Source: Vitrella brassicaformis CCMP3155 (Eukaryota; Protista; Chromerida). From it: a stretch of DNA of 64,000 nt. The notes beneath the pieces were generated by a model, which saw only the letters and a program-made list of their open reading frames with translations, ran no database searches and had not been told where the DNA came from. The stretch is from positions 62,001-126,000 of the forward strand of contig CDMY01000571.1 of assembly GCA_001179505.1 (NCBI GenBank), given 5' to 3'. This document shows positions 25,011 to 37,436 of the stretch, one piece after another (position 1 is the first letter of the stretch; every line of letters begins with the position of its first letter). A program made the translations under genes and the position numbers.

Positions 25011-28000
25011 GACAGACAGACAGAGATGGCTGATTTATGCGATCTGCTCGCTCAGTGGCGCCTACCCGGTGCGCTGGCTCCGGCCGAGGCACCGTAGTCG
25101 TCACAACATACGCAGGGGCCTGTGACGACAAGAAGTTCGCGTCGATGGTTGCCCAGAAGTGGTCGTGTCCCCCTCTCTCTGATGCTCACGGCCTTGGGTT
25201 TGGGCTGCGCAGCTGGCGCCAGGTCTTCCGTCTCTGCCCCCGGTGGCAGCACCTTGATGGCAGCGGCGGCGGGACCATCCATGCAACGCACCGCCTGCAC
25301 AGCACACGCAATGCAGACGAAGGCATGTAGAACTCAGCTGTCATTGGCTTACTGGCCCGACAAAACGCACCTGGGGGAGACGCGGCCTGCACACACAGCA
25401 CAGCAAATAGGTGGATGAGCCCATCCTTCGTCAAAGCCATGCCGTGTTGGCTCTTACCACTGCTTTTAGCTGCGGCACCTTGGGGTTCGGCCGGCAGCCG
25501 CCTGTTGAAGTCAATCTGCCTCCGCGAAGAGCGGGGCGATGTGGGCGGCGAGAGTTCGCGATGTCCCAGTTCCATTTCCAAGGGGCGGGACTCCTGCTCG
25601 CACAATAAACAGGACAGGCAGAATCCGATGCACACTGACTGCTTGCCCAGCTGCCCGTCTCCCGCTCGCCATTTTCGAGTCTCACGTGTCCTTTCCGCGA
25701 AGCGCGGGGCCCTGACCGTGGTCGTCTTGCATCATCTTTCGCAGCTGGGAGGCACTGGTGCAAACACCGTAGATATCGCAGCAGAAGAAGCAGACGTGGG
25801 CTGAGACTGCCGGGCTCTGCTCACACAGCAAACACAAAATAGGCAGTAAGGTAGACACACGACTGGCTGCGTGGTTGTCTTCCTCTCGTCCTTTGCGAGT
25901 CTCACGTAGATGGAGTAAGCCTCCTGCATCATGTGCACGTCGCGGGGTGGGAAAGATGCAAGCAGATATAAAATGTAGACACCGATGCGGGCCACCTGGC
26001 TGAGCAAGGCCAAGCTTGGCTCGCCACGTGGCCTCTCCATCATCCTTGGTCTCGCCGTCTGACTCGTCGCTGTCGATGAAGACGGAGAATTGGTTGCCCG
26101 CCAGTTTCTTCTTGCCCTTGGTGGGTGAGGCCGCGTAGGGGGAGCGAATTGGGGGCCACCCAGCCGTCAGCGTTCGCAGCACGCTCGCGCCGGGCCATCT
26201 GCACACGCGCACCAGCAGGCCAGACACACAGACAATTAGTCAGGCGTCCATGTGGTCGTGTGTGTGTGTCCATGCCTACCAGATTGACACAGGCTCCGCT
26301 GCGGATGGTATCCTCCTTGAGGAAGGGCAGCGGTATCAGCACAGGCATGTGGATCCGGATCTCCCACTTGGTGATAGCTTCAAAGGAGGGAAGGTGGCCC
26401 TTTATGAAGGGAATCTTGGGGCCCTTGAAGTCCGACGGCAGCTTTGCCCACCTGACGTAGTCCTCTGCCTGCGACTTGCCACTCTCCCACGTGCCGTGGC
26501 AGCTCTCTGAACGAAACAGGGAGGTGAAGTTGCGCGATTCTCTGCACACACGCACACACATGAAGAGGCAGATGACAGCCGGTAAAGCAGACCGAACAGT
26601 GCTACCTTGGCACTTCCCGAAGGTAGGTGGTGAGCTCATCCATCGCGGCCTGCATCCCCTGCCCACCGACGGATGCACTGGCACGCACACAACCTGACAG
26701 CATGGTGAGGGAGCATGGCCACAGAGGCAAACAGACATATGATGACGGCATCAGAAGCTGACCTCAGCTATCTCTGGCGTGAGGAGAGGGCCTCTTGTCA
26801 CGGCAATACGATAGCAGAAATTGTCACCATTCCGCCCACTGCGGGCAGCAACAGCAAAACAAGGCCGTCATGGCCTCCCACACGGTGGGCTTATTCTTTG
26901 CCTGTGGCACACATGAGACACATCCAGTGGTGGGTCAATAGTCGCAGCTTTGCTTTCCCTACCGCCGCGTCGGCTCTGGCCTCGGCCTTTCTGGCCTTTT
27001 ACTTTGCTGCCGCCAAGGCTCGCCTACACAAACGTACACACAGCAAGGTACGGCACTCCTGTCTCTTCTCAATCTGTCTGTCTGTCCCCCACTCACTTCT
27101 TCGCCCAATATTGGCCTTCAACGGCGTCCAGTGTGGCATCCTTGCCGGCAATGACGCCGTCCTTCTGGGCAATGGTCGCCTTGAGGTCAGCAATGGTGTC
27201 TTCCAGGGCCTGCATGGCAACCGAGAGAAGCCAACGAATGCATGGCATCTTGCCTTGGTTGCTGAGGTGTGGGTCAGTCACCTTGATTTCGGCCTCCTTC
27301 CTCGCGAGATAACTGGGGGGCTTCTCCACCCTCTCCCCGTTCCAGCCCTCCGCCTGCATTGCAACGAGGCAGACAAACGACAAAAGGCACTTACTCAGTC
27401 TCCGTGAGCTGGAGGGAAGGTGGTCGTGTCTGATTATGTGTCTAATTCGGGCCTTCCTTACCCCAAACTCCGTACAAATGAGGTACTGCCTGCAGCATAC
27501 CAGCAGCGCAGCACACAGGAAGGAGGCCAGTCGCGAGTCTCCACCACTGTCTGTACGTGTGCAGACAGTCACTCCGAAGCCGCTCACCCGTCAATGAAGT
27601 CCGGGGGCAGAACGTAGTGGCGGTCTTCAAGTGCCATCTCGTCACACCACAATGGACACGCAGCAGGGCAGGGGCGCTCAGTGTGTGTCCGCTGCGCAAA
27701 CGAGGATTCATCAAGAGGACAGCAAAAAGTGTTTGTCCGTCTCCGTTCTCGACGGCACTTGGAATTCTAGAAGGTCGCTTGTTCGCCCAGTATTGGCCTT
27801 CTACGGCGTTAATGTGGCGTCTTTCCGAGCGATGACGCCGTTCTGGCGGGCAGTGGTGGCGTTGAGCTCCGCAATGTGTCCTCGAGGGCCTGCAGGGGCA
27901 GCAGGGTAATGAGGAAAGCCAATATCTTGCCACGACTGCTGGAATATCACTCAGTCACCTTCGTCTCGGCCTCCTTTCTTGCCAGGTACCTCAGTGGCTC

Positions 28001-29563
28001 CTCCACCGTCTGCCCGTTCCACCCTGCCCACATGACAACAGACCAGAGATAAGAACTTCTTTCTCCACCGTCTCCATCCATAACACTTACCCATCGGGAT
28101 GAAGGCATGAGCAGAACACGTCGCGAACAATGGGCACACACTGGCAGAGGGCACCGGCGAGTGCACCCCACGCGTGGGCGTTTCTGGGGCCCGGCCAAGG
28201 TCGTCCTCACCGGCCAGACTGTGTTGGGTGAAGAGGCGCTGTGTTGGGTGATAATATGATGTGTAATTGGTCTGACGATGTCGAAAGGCAATTGCGGCTT
28301 GATGCGGCGAATTACAAAAGAAAGAGGAAACCGAAAAAGGCTCCGCGTCTCCAGCCTCCGTTCTCGACAGGATTTACTGGAGAGATTGCTCTGTGTCTTG
28401 CCTCCTCTTGCCCTCTCCCCGTTCCGTCCCTCCTCCTGCACCTGCCTGCATCACAAGAAGCCAAAGAGCAGAAGACGAGAGCACTCACGCAGTTGGCGTG
28501 AGGTGGAAGGAAGGCATCTGTCGCCAGTTTCCGTACCGCGATACAGCTTCCTCACCGCGAATCCCGTACACATGAGGTGGCTCATCAATGAAGTCCTGAT
28601 GCAGGACTCGTCAGAAAGCAATGGGCACACAGAAGGGCAGCGGTGGACGAGTGCGGGCGCTTGGGGAGCCGGCCAAGGTCGTCAGTGCCGGCCAAGACTG
28701 CTGCCGTCGGCCAGGCTGAGCGATGCCGTGTTCGGGTGATGAGACTAATAGCCACTGGTGGTCAGCAGGCCAGAGAGATGACCAGACGCTGTAGAATGGC
28801 GATCGTCGGCGAGTTGCGGCTTGACGCGAAAACAAACAGAAAAAAAGCCGTCTCCGTCTCCGAATCTCGCCGGGATTCATTTGGTTCTAACAGCCGCTGC
28901 GTGCAATGGGGTGTGACACGTACATCGATGTATTGAGGAGAAAAATCCCTTGCAACACCGAGAAACAGTCAATAAAGCGATCATGAATCAATAAAGCCAC
29001 AGAGAAAGTTCTCCCCTATACACACATGCCCGCCCATAGAATGAATGCAACCAAGTGCGACCACCACTGTGTGTGCGTCGCTCACGCGCCCGTTCGCACC
29101 TGAGCACGCCATGCATACCCACATCGTCTGTCTGTCTGTCTCTCTGCGACAACAAATACAATGTGCATCCTTCATCATCCATTCATCGCTCCACAAACTT
29201 AGTGCCTCCCTGTCTGTCTGTCCATGCACTAGTGATAAAGAGACACGTACATGCACCATGCACCCACACAGGCCAGGCGCAGGCATGCCTCACCTGTGCC
29301 ACCGGTGGCAGCACGTCTAGATATCAGCCATCCATCCATCCATCCATCCACAAACCCATAAAGCGCACCAAATCAGCACGGTAGGTTGATAGATGTCAAA
29401 AAACGACTTGCTGCCACCCACACGCACCTGAACAAAACGGTGACCGACCTCCCCACCCACGCTGCCACTCAATCACACGCACCGAGGGAATACGCCATCG
29501 TGTGCTGCGTGTACCAATTCACCCATCCGCCATGGCTCCATCCATCCGCCATCCAAATGACAG

Positions 29564-31796
29564 TCACCAGAATAGTGGCCATTTCCTCCGTGGCGACAGG
29601 TTGTTGATGAGCAGGCCGACGACGCCCAGCACCACCCAGCCGATGAAGAAGGAGAACAACCACATCGACAGCTCCACCTTGGGCGTCGCCGCCACAAAAG
29701 CCACGGCCGCACTCGCCGCTGGCGGACAGGTGATGCCTGTAGGTGAAAAGCATACCCGGGTTGGCGTGTCTGTGTCCGTGTCTTCTGTGAGTACCGAAGA
29801 AGGCCATTCCTGCGATGATGATAGTCATGGTGAGGCTCACGCCCAGCCAGTAGGGCAAGAAGGCTGGCAAGACAAACGTGTCACCTGATTCGATTTCACG
29901 TGCGCATCAAAACACCCACACACATGACATGAGTGGTGGACAAACCGACATACGACCTCACGAGCTGAGCGTGTCTGTCAGTGTGCGCACCTTCGTCACC
30001 GGTAAGCAGCACTTCCAGCGGTTCGTCGCGATGCGGCCCGATGCCGTGGGTGAAGAAGGCAAACACCGACGCAACCGTCAAGGCATACCTGCACACACAC
30101 ACACACACACATATTTCTGTCTGTCTGTGTGTCTGTCTGTGTTGAGGACACCCAAACACTTACAGTGTTGAAAGCAGCAGGATCCGTGGCTGGCCAAATG
30201 GAGACGACGGCGCCGTGAAATACATGGTCGCCTGCGAGCCCGCATCAGCAGACAGGTACACACATCCACCTGTGTCCCTCCCTCGCAGCCTGTGTCAGTC
30301 TCACCATGGCTCCAAACGGCCCAATCAGGTGGAAGGAGCTCTCGTCGATGAACGCCCCCTTGATGACGGCCGTCAGCAGGCTGAACGTGACGAAGACCTC
30401 CAGTGCAGCCAGCAGGCAGTGCCCCCCATCCAGCGGCCTCGCCCGCTGCCCCTTGCCGCCCCGCCATTTCTTGATGTATCGCCGGCAGTAGGCCCGCGGG
30501 TGTGCCGACAGCTTCCTGTACCGCTCCCTGATGTAGTCCGCCCAGCTCAGCTGCTGGGTCCGCGCCTCCCAGCTGAGCAGCCGCTGTGCCGACTTCGCTG
30601 ACTCATCCAGCGTGGGTTTTCTGGTCGGGGGGACAGTAGATGTGGAGGGTGCGGGCGCGGGCAGGGCGGTGGGGTGCTGCGCCTCCTGCTCCCGCAGCTC
30701 TTGCAGCCTCCTCGTGTGCCAGACGATGTGGTGCAGCTTCCGCCACCCATAAGACACCACTGCCGCCCGATGCCGCCTCAGTGCCGTCCTGGCAGCGCAC
30801 ATCCGCAGCTCCCACTGGAGGGCTCGCAGGGCGGTGTCGAGGTAGGCCTCGACCATGGGGCTCTTGACGCCCACTTTGTCCTCGTCGACGCGCCACTCCT
30901 TGCGGGTGTAGAAGACGAACACGGCCACGAGGGCCCGCTTGTCCTCAAACACGGGGAGGCTGTCGTAGTGGAAGTGGCTGGCCATCAGCAGCGGGCTGTT
31001 TGCCGCCATCTCCCGCTCCAGCTGCTCCATCCCCGAGATGCGCGGACCACTGGTGTTGTTGTTTGACCCCGCCGTAACGCCCAGCCGCCTGCGCATCGAG
31101 AAGATGGGGACGGCCAGGCTTGTGTGGAAGAGCTCGCCCGCGAGAGTGTCCATGGGCGTGGAGGGGTTCTCGGGGTCATCGAACAGCCTGTCGAGTATGC
31201 ACCACTCCCTGGTGCCCTGCTGCCATGCCCGGCCGGCGGGGCCCTGGCCAACGGTGAGGGTGACGTCTTTGTCCTGCGGCATTGACGCGAAGGCCTGGAG
31301 CTTCTCTGGGTCGTCCCCAGCGCCGCTGTTGTGCCGGATGACCACACTGTTGGGTGCCTGCCGCAACGCACCGGGCTGCTCATGATCGGGCTGCCACATC
31401 TCGCCGTAGATAAAGCCGCAGTCGTGCAGGATATTCTCAAGCTGCACCTGCAGGCACCGTTGAACCTGATCACACACACACACACACAGGCACGAACACA
31501 AGTATAGTGTCTGAGTGGTGAGACCACCCCAGCGCGTCTACCTGTGTCACGTCATCTTTGCCGACCGCCTCATTGGACGCGCAGCCGAGAGAGGGGTGTG
31601 AGGGCAGCCTTGGGCTGGAGGGCGGATCACGCGGCGAGTCGACTTCGTTGACTGTGAGCACAAAGGGCTGAGATGGCGGTGGCGGGATGTCGGGGTCAGA
31701 CAGCAGGGGCGTCGTGATGCTGCCACTGGACAAGGTCGACGCGCTGCCTGTGGAGAAGGCCACTGACGCAAATTCCGTCGTTCGGCTTCTGAGCAT
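29564..31796 (-). CDS. GAF-like domain fused to an HPP-family membrane domain
   Basis: N-terminal part has GFIYGEMW, VGQGPAGRAWQQGTREW, FHTSLAVPI and LVAVFVFY (GAF-like). Spliced C-terminal exons give GPFGAM-ATMYFTAPSSPFGQPR, GITCPPAASAA and LLINNLSPRRKWPLFW (HPP family). Stop 29564-29566. Confidence 0.8.
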
Positions 31797-32021
31797 GAGG
31801 ACTGTGTGACAAAATGGGCGGATCTGAGCATTCAGTGATCCGTCCCACGCCCTCGGTGACCTGCGTCTGCCGTTGAAACACCTGAAGTGCGTCACATTCG
31901 TTTTGACGCCGATCCGAGCTCGGGCAAGGCGCGAAACGCTGCTGCCCCTCAAGCTCGCATTTCGAGAGGAAGAAAAGTAGAGAAGGGAGGGCGTCATAGG
32001 GGTGCCTGAGGCCGCCAGGCC

Positions 32022-35000
32022 ATGGATCCAGCTGAAAACCCCGCAGGTAGCGAAGTACAAAGCGCCTTTCGACAATTTGCCGCGTTTGACCGCTGCGTGC
32101 TCTTTGTTGCTCAGGAGCCGGGCAGGGTGGCGGCCCGTCGCTGCTCGAGCGCCTGCGAGAGACGCTCGCCAAGATCCACTCGGTGAGACCAAGTATTTCA
32201 TTTCAGGCAAGGCGAATGCATGTCTGTGCCGTCAGGTTGCGTCATGTGTAGAGGAGGCCGAGAAGGTCATCACAGATACCATTAATGCAGGTGTCAGGCA
32301 GAGAAAACACCGGGCACGTCATGCCATTGTGTATGCGTGTGAGCATGTGTGTGTGTGTGTATGCAGGAGTGTGTGTTGCCGGCCGGCCGTCTGTCGGCTC
32401 TCCAGACCACTGTGAGCGATGCCCAGACGTCACTCAATGACGCTGCGGCTCAGCTGTCCACTCTATCGCCCCCACACACAGACGCCGACACACACGTATG
32501 GGCGGCCCCCGGCACTTGCACACGGATGTTGGTGACTGACTTCCATTGCTGTGTGTTTGTGCTCATTCAGCGATTTGATGGTGACGGCAAGTTGTTTCGG
32601 TGCATTCATCGGGCCAGCAGGTCGGTCAGTTCGAATGAGACCGCAAAGGCGGCACAGCAAACAAGGGCAGTAAGTGCATCCCTCCTTTGCCAATCACCAC
32701 ACAAGGGGGCTCGCTCACACAAGGATGTCCTTTCTGTTGATGTGACGGATGTGTCTCAGGTGTCCACAGGCGATGGGAAACGTGCACGTGTGACCACAGG
32801 CCCTCCGGCTGCTGCTGCTGCTGCTGCCGCTGGTGCTGCTGCTGGAGGTCCGCACATACAGCAACGCACCCACACGCTCACACAGATCGACCATCGTATT
32901 CTGTGTCGTCTTCAGGTGGCTCGGCTGGTGTAGCCGGTGCTGTGGCAGAGGAAGTGGAGAAGAAGACCACCACTATCGCTAAGGTAGACGACCTCCCCCA
33001 GACGCCACACACGCACGCACCTGTCGGTCACCGTGCCCATTCTCCTGCTGTATGTCAAAAGTACGGCCGCCCGTGTCTGCCGGGTCTGCCTGAGGCCGTC
33101 ATGGGCTACATGGGCTCCTTCGTCACCACCAAGACGGCAATTCGGCTGTCCAAGGTCAACAAGGAGACCCACCAGAAGGCCACCGACGAGACATTCGGGG
33201 TATTCCGCTTCTTCTCTGTCGACACACATGAGAGCCACGCATACGCCAAGATCAAGAAACTCCAAGATGTCAAACGTCTGGTGAGGGAAGGGCAGCAAAG
33301 GGAATGCACTCACACCCTTCTCTCTGTATGGTGCAGGGGAAGATCCACACAGCGCGCGTTGATCTGCACGCACCGAGTGTGTTGCCCTGTGTGGCACAGT
33401 GCCTTGAGGCGTCCAGGGCGACTCTGACGGAGCTCCGCTGCTTCTACGTGTCGTCCTCCTTCAACTCGCCGACCCCTGCCGCCCCTGGCGCCCCGGGCAT
33501 GTGCATTGACTTCCCGAAGCTGACGCACATAGAGGCCTTGTCAGTGGAGTGGCTCAAATACTTCAGGTACGTATACCCGAACCGAGAAGGGCATGTGGGT
33601 ATCCATCCGTTGACGCCGTTTCTCTGTCGCAGCACGCGGCGGTGGCGGTTTCCCGCCCTGACGACCCTGGAAATCGGCCATGAAGGCCATCAGGCGCCCA
33701 ATTCCGTCGTGCAGCTGCTCAAGGCTTCGCCCAACATTCGACATCTCTCTTTGAGCCGGGCCAACCTGCACGAGGACAGCACATGGGCCGGCTTCATCGC
33801 GGCCCTCAAGAACTGCCCTCACATCACCACCATCACCGGCCTGGAGCTGGAAATCGACAGCACCGACCGCGTCAGCCAGCTGATGGATGCTCTGAGCCAC
33901 TGGAAGAAGCCGGAGAACAAAGGTGAGGTTGTCTCCACGCCGACGGCCTGATGCGGCATCATGCTGGTCCTGTCCTGTCATGTGCTGCATGGTCTCAGAT
34001 GTGCGTAAGCAGCTGGTTCTCTGCTCGCGAGACCCGCTCATCAACTGGGAGTACGGCCAGGAGGGGCCGGCCCCAGCCGACATCAACAAGTGGGCGGCCG
34101 AGGTCGGCTGCGACATCTGCTGGTCTGCCTACTCGGTGACGGTCGACTGCAGCTTCACCCCCGAGACTGCCCACCCCGCACCCGACAACGTCATTGGCCA
34201 GGTCACAAAGGAGCTGGCAGAAGGGGCGCAGGTGGTGAGGGAGGGAGGGAGGGAGGGAGGGAGGGAGGACAGGTGTGAGGCCGCTCCATCAGACAAGGAA
34301 TCCGCCCTTCTCTGTCTGTCTGAGTGCTTTGTGTTTCAGGTTGAGGTGAATCTCGGCGGCACACCTCTGCACGAGAGTTGGCGTGACAAGCTCGTCTTCC
34401 CGAACGCCGAGTCGCTCAGGATACGCGCTGAGCAACCAGCAGTGCTGGATAGCATCCCAGGCTGGCTCGTCGACGACGAGGGGGCAGTGAGCCGGCGCTT
34501 CCCGGCAGTCGAGAGTCTGGATGTTTCTCTGGATTCCCCCACCTTCGCTGACATGCCTGCTGCCCCCAGCAAGCTCAGCGTGCTGTTCGGGGGCCTGACC
34601 TCAGTCAGAGAGCTCAGTTTCAGAAGTTTGCATAGCCTAGCTGTCGCCTGCGAGGTCCTGTCCTATCTCTCTGTCAAACAGCTAGAGCGTGTCAGTTTTG
34701 ACGAGCAAGCTGAGATGGAATCCACCGAGTGGCCTGCTGCTGTGCCTGAGCAGTGGGCCCTCAGCTGCCCCCACATAGACAGCCTGTGGGTAGGCCGACT
34801 AGCCAGCAAGGTAGCCGTGCGGTCGTTCATCAAGCTGATTTTGACCCTGCGGCCAGCACAGGCAAAGCTCTATGCGTGTCTGCCTTCTGACGAGTTGGAG
34901 GGCCCTGACGGGCTCACAGCCATCCGCGCCTTCGCGTGGGAGTGCTATGAGCAAGTGCAGGCACACTACTCGATGAAAGAAGACAGTCGACGTGCCGGTT

Positions 35001-35086
35001 ACTGGTACGGAGCATCCAACAGGGCTGAGATGCAGTGTTGGGGCACCGACGGCCATCTCGACCTGAATCTGGTGCGTATGTCCTAG
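32022..35086 (+). CDS. Hypothetical F-box-like / leucine-rich-repeat-like protein, multi-exon
   Basis: LPEAVMGYMGSFV..IRLSKVNK resembles an F-box motif. It is followed by LxxLxL units (FPKLTHIEAL, FPALTTLEI, SPNIRHLSL, CPHITTITGL, FPNAESLRI). The 5' exons are tentative. Confidence 0.6.
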
Positions 35087-36123
35087 TGAAGTAGCAACTT
35101 GAAGCAATAGTGACTAGCTATGGCCAGCTCTTCGCTGATTACGCTTCTTTGGCTCCATTCGTATTCGTGTTGCTCAAGTCGATGTGCATACGTGTATTGG
35201 ATGGATGGGGATCGTCGGGCTATGTCTGCCTTTCACGCAGAAACGTGTACCTGCGCAAACTCTGTCCACTTGTGTGTCCGTCGCCACAGGGACAATGAAC
35301 GAGCCAAACGAAAACACACTAAATGGCCAACCACGCGGCCGCCTTTCCCCGCAGCTGTACATTCCATGCACCATGGCCGATGCTGACAGGCTCATGTTCA
35401 GTCAGTCTCTCTCATAGAGACAGAGTCACTGTTGGCTGGCGGACTGCCGGACGGCATTGTCTTGCCGGTGCAGCCGCGACATGTTACAGAACTTGGAGCC
35501 TATCAAAGGAGGCCTCAGCTGATGACCACACGCAGCGGCAGACACACACACAACATACTGATCTCTGGTCTCTCTGTGTGTGCCTGACTGTACCTGAGGG
35601 AGCCGCGGATTGCCCAGCCTTGTGAGCTCCTCAGGCCTGCACACACACACACACACAGGCAGGCAGACAGACAGACCGACATGCAGAAGGCACTCCAAGA
35701 CAGCGAACACTCAGTGCGACCATACCGTTTCGACTTGATGCCCACGTAAGGCGTCCTCACCATCCACCGGTGCAGACACCACCGAATGCGCGGCTTCGGC
35801 CGATGGATGCGCAAACTGCACCGTGGCAACCACACACAGAACCGACAGAGCAAAGATTCGCATGCGTGTGCGTGGCTGTCGCGCGCTGTGCGTCTGCCTG
35901 GTCACTCACCTTTTGCAGAATGTGCCTCTGTAGTTGGGATGAGGGCCGAGAAGCGCCAAACTCAGCCGCATCGGGAGGAAGCACAAATATCAGCACAGAT
36001 CTCTCACAGACCTCGGCCTCTGGCTCCTCCGGCAGAGCCTGCTGCTGCAGGAGGGAGGATCGCTTTTGCGAGCTGAAAAAGGGCGAGCTTGAAAGAAGGC
36101 AGCTACGCGTTGATCCCCTTCCG

Positions 36124-36795
36124 ATGGCCGATGCACAAGAGACACGTCGCGCGTTTCACGTGCAGCGTAGGAACCGGCAAGACGTGGTGGTGGACGACCT
36201 GGGCAGAGAGATCATTCCTTTCCAGAGCGGCATCTCCACATCGGACCTGAAGCGTCTCATCAAAGACCGCTTTACCCGCTCCCTTGCTGATGTGAAAATT
36301 GCTTCTCTGCGCTTCGACCCTGACATCGGCCTTCAGTGGCATGTGACTGACGAGACCTTTCCCGACCATGGAAGGGAGGGCCAGCAGCCTATCGTCGTCT
36401 GGGCTGTGGATCCGTCAAAGGGAGAATGCTCCTTTATCGCAGCGGCTACACAACACTACACAACCATGAGGTGAGGCAGGCGATCCGATACATGTGCATC
36501 CCATCAATCTGCTGCTTCTGCGTGTGTATGTTTATGTATGTGCGCCTTCAGGACAGCAACCACTGCGGCAGTTGAGGGCTTCTCTGCGTCCTGGCGTTCG
36601 TTGCGTGGGTTATTCTCGGGGTCTTCAAGCAGCACTCCTTCGCAGGCTACATCCTCTCCCTCATTCCATCCACCCTCGCAGGGGCCCTCTCGATCGGCGC
36701 CTTCAAGAGGCACTTCGTCCAGCGGTGCTGCAGCGAGCAGCCTTGATTGTTCTGAGAAGAGTACCAGGGTGCCATTGCTCGCGGACGTGCATTGA
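36124..36795 (+). CDS. Small hypothetical two-exon protein with Ser-rich tail
   Basis: MADAQETRRAF...WAVDPSK exon, GTGAG donor at 36471, acceptor at ~36550, then a Ser-rich exon. Splice phase is consistent. Confidence 0.45.
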
Positions 36796-37436
36796 CATGC
36801 TCGTGACACATGGAGATGATCAACGAAGGTTTGTTTTGTAGTGGTGTCCTTGGGCGGAGGGAGAAAGGGACGATAGGGTGTGTATGACGATGCGTGTACA
36901 GTACGTTTTGGGGGCAATCGGTGGAGGCATGGTGACTGGTGACGTAGCCGCATGTGGATTGGGTTTATCGTTTGTGTTGATCTGAATGTTCTGTGGCTTC
37001 GTGTGTGGTATAGACGACTGCTCTGTCTCTCCTGCCAATCAATGTGTCATTTTTCTGCAGCACAGACGCATGCGCGCAGCTCAGAGACGCAGAAGAATGT
37101 CTACGAATGTGCCTCTGCAGTTGGGATGAGGGCCGAGAAGCGCCAAACTCAGACGCCTCTGTGATAAGATGAAAGCAGCAACATAAATCTCAGCTCGGAT
37201 CTCTCACAGCAGTCAACCCTGGCTCTGACCTCACACAGACCCTTTCTTGCGTATCCCTTCGGGGGGCCGGGGGGCAACTTTCAAGGTCCCCGTGAGGTTA
37301 ACGAACGAACGAAGGACCCCCCGATCCCTTTTGCGAGCTGGAAAAAGGTAAGAGGAAACAGCGAAAAACAGTTTTGAAGGGCGAGGGAACATTGAAATAG
37401 CGAAGAGAAGCTTCTCATCACTTCCCAGCCACAGGG

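Larger units (their letters stand above)
19100..28900 (-). repeat. Patchwork of decayed duplicated gene fragments
   Basis: GCAGATATAAAATGTAGAC-like motif at ~19152, 22654, 24234 and 25962. Block 19780-19880 matches 24515-24630; 19905-20060 matches 26880-27020. Coiled-coil MQAL exon at ~20270, 27090 and 27770. Many stops and frameshifts. Confidence 0.75.
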
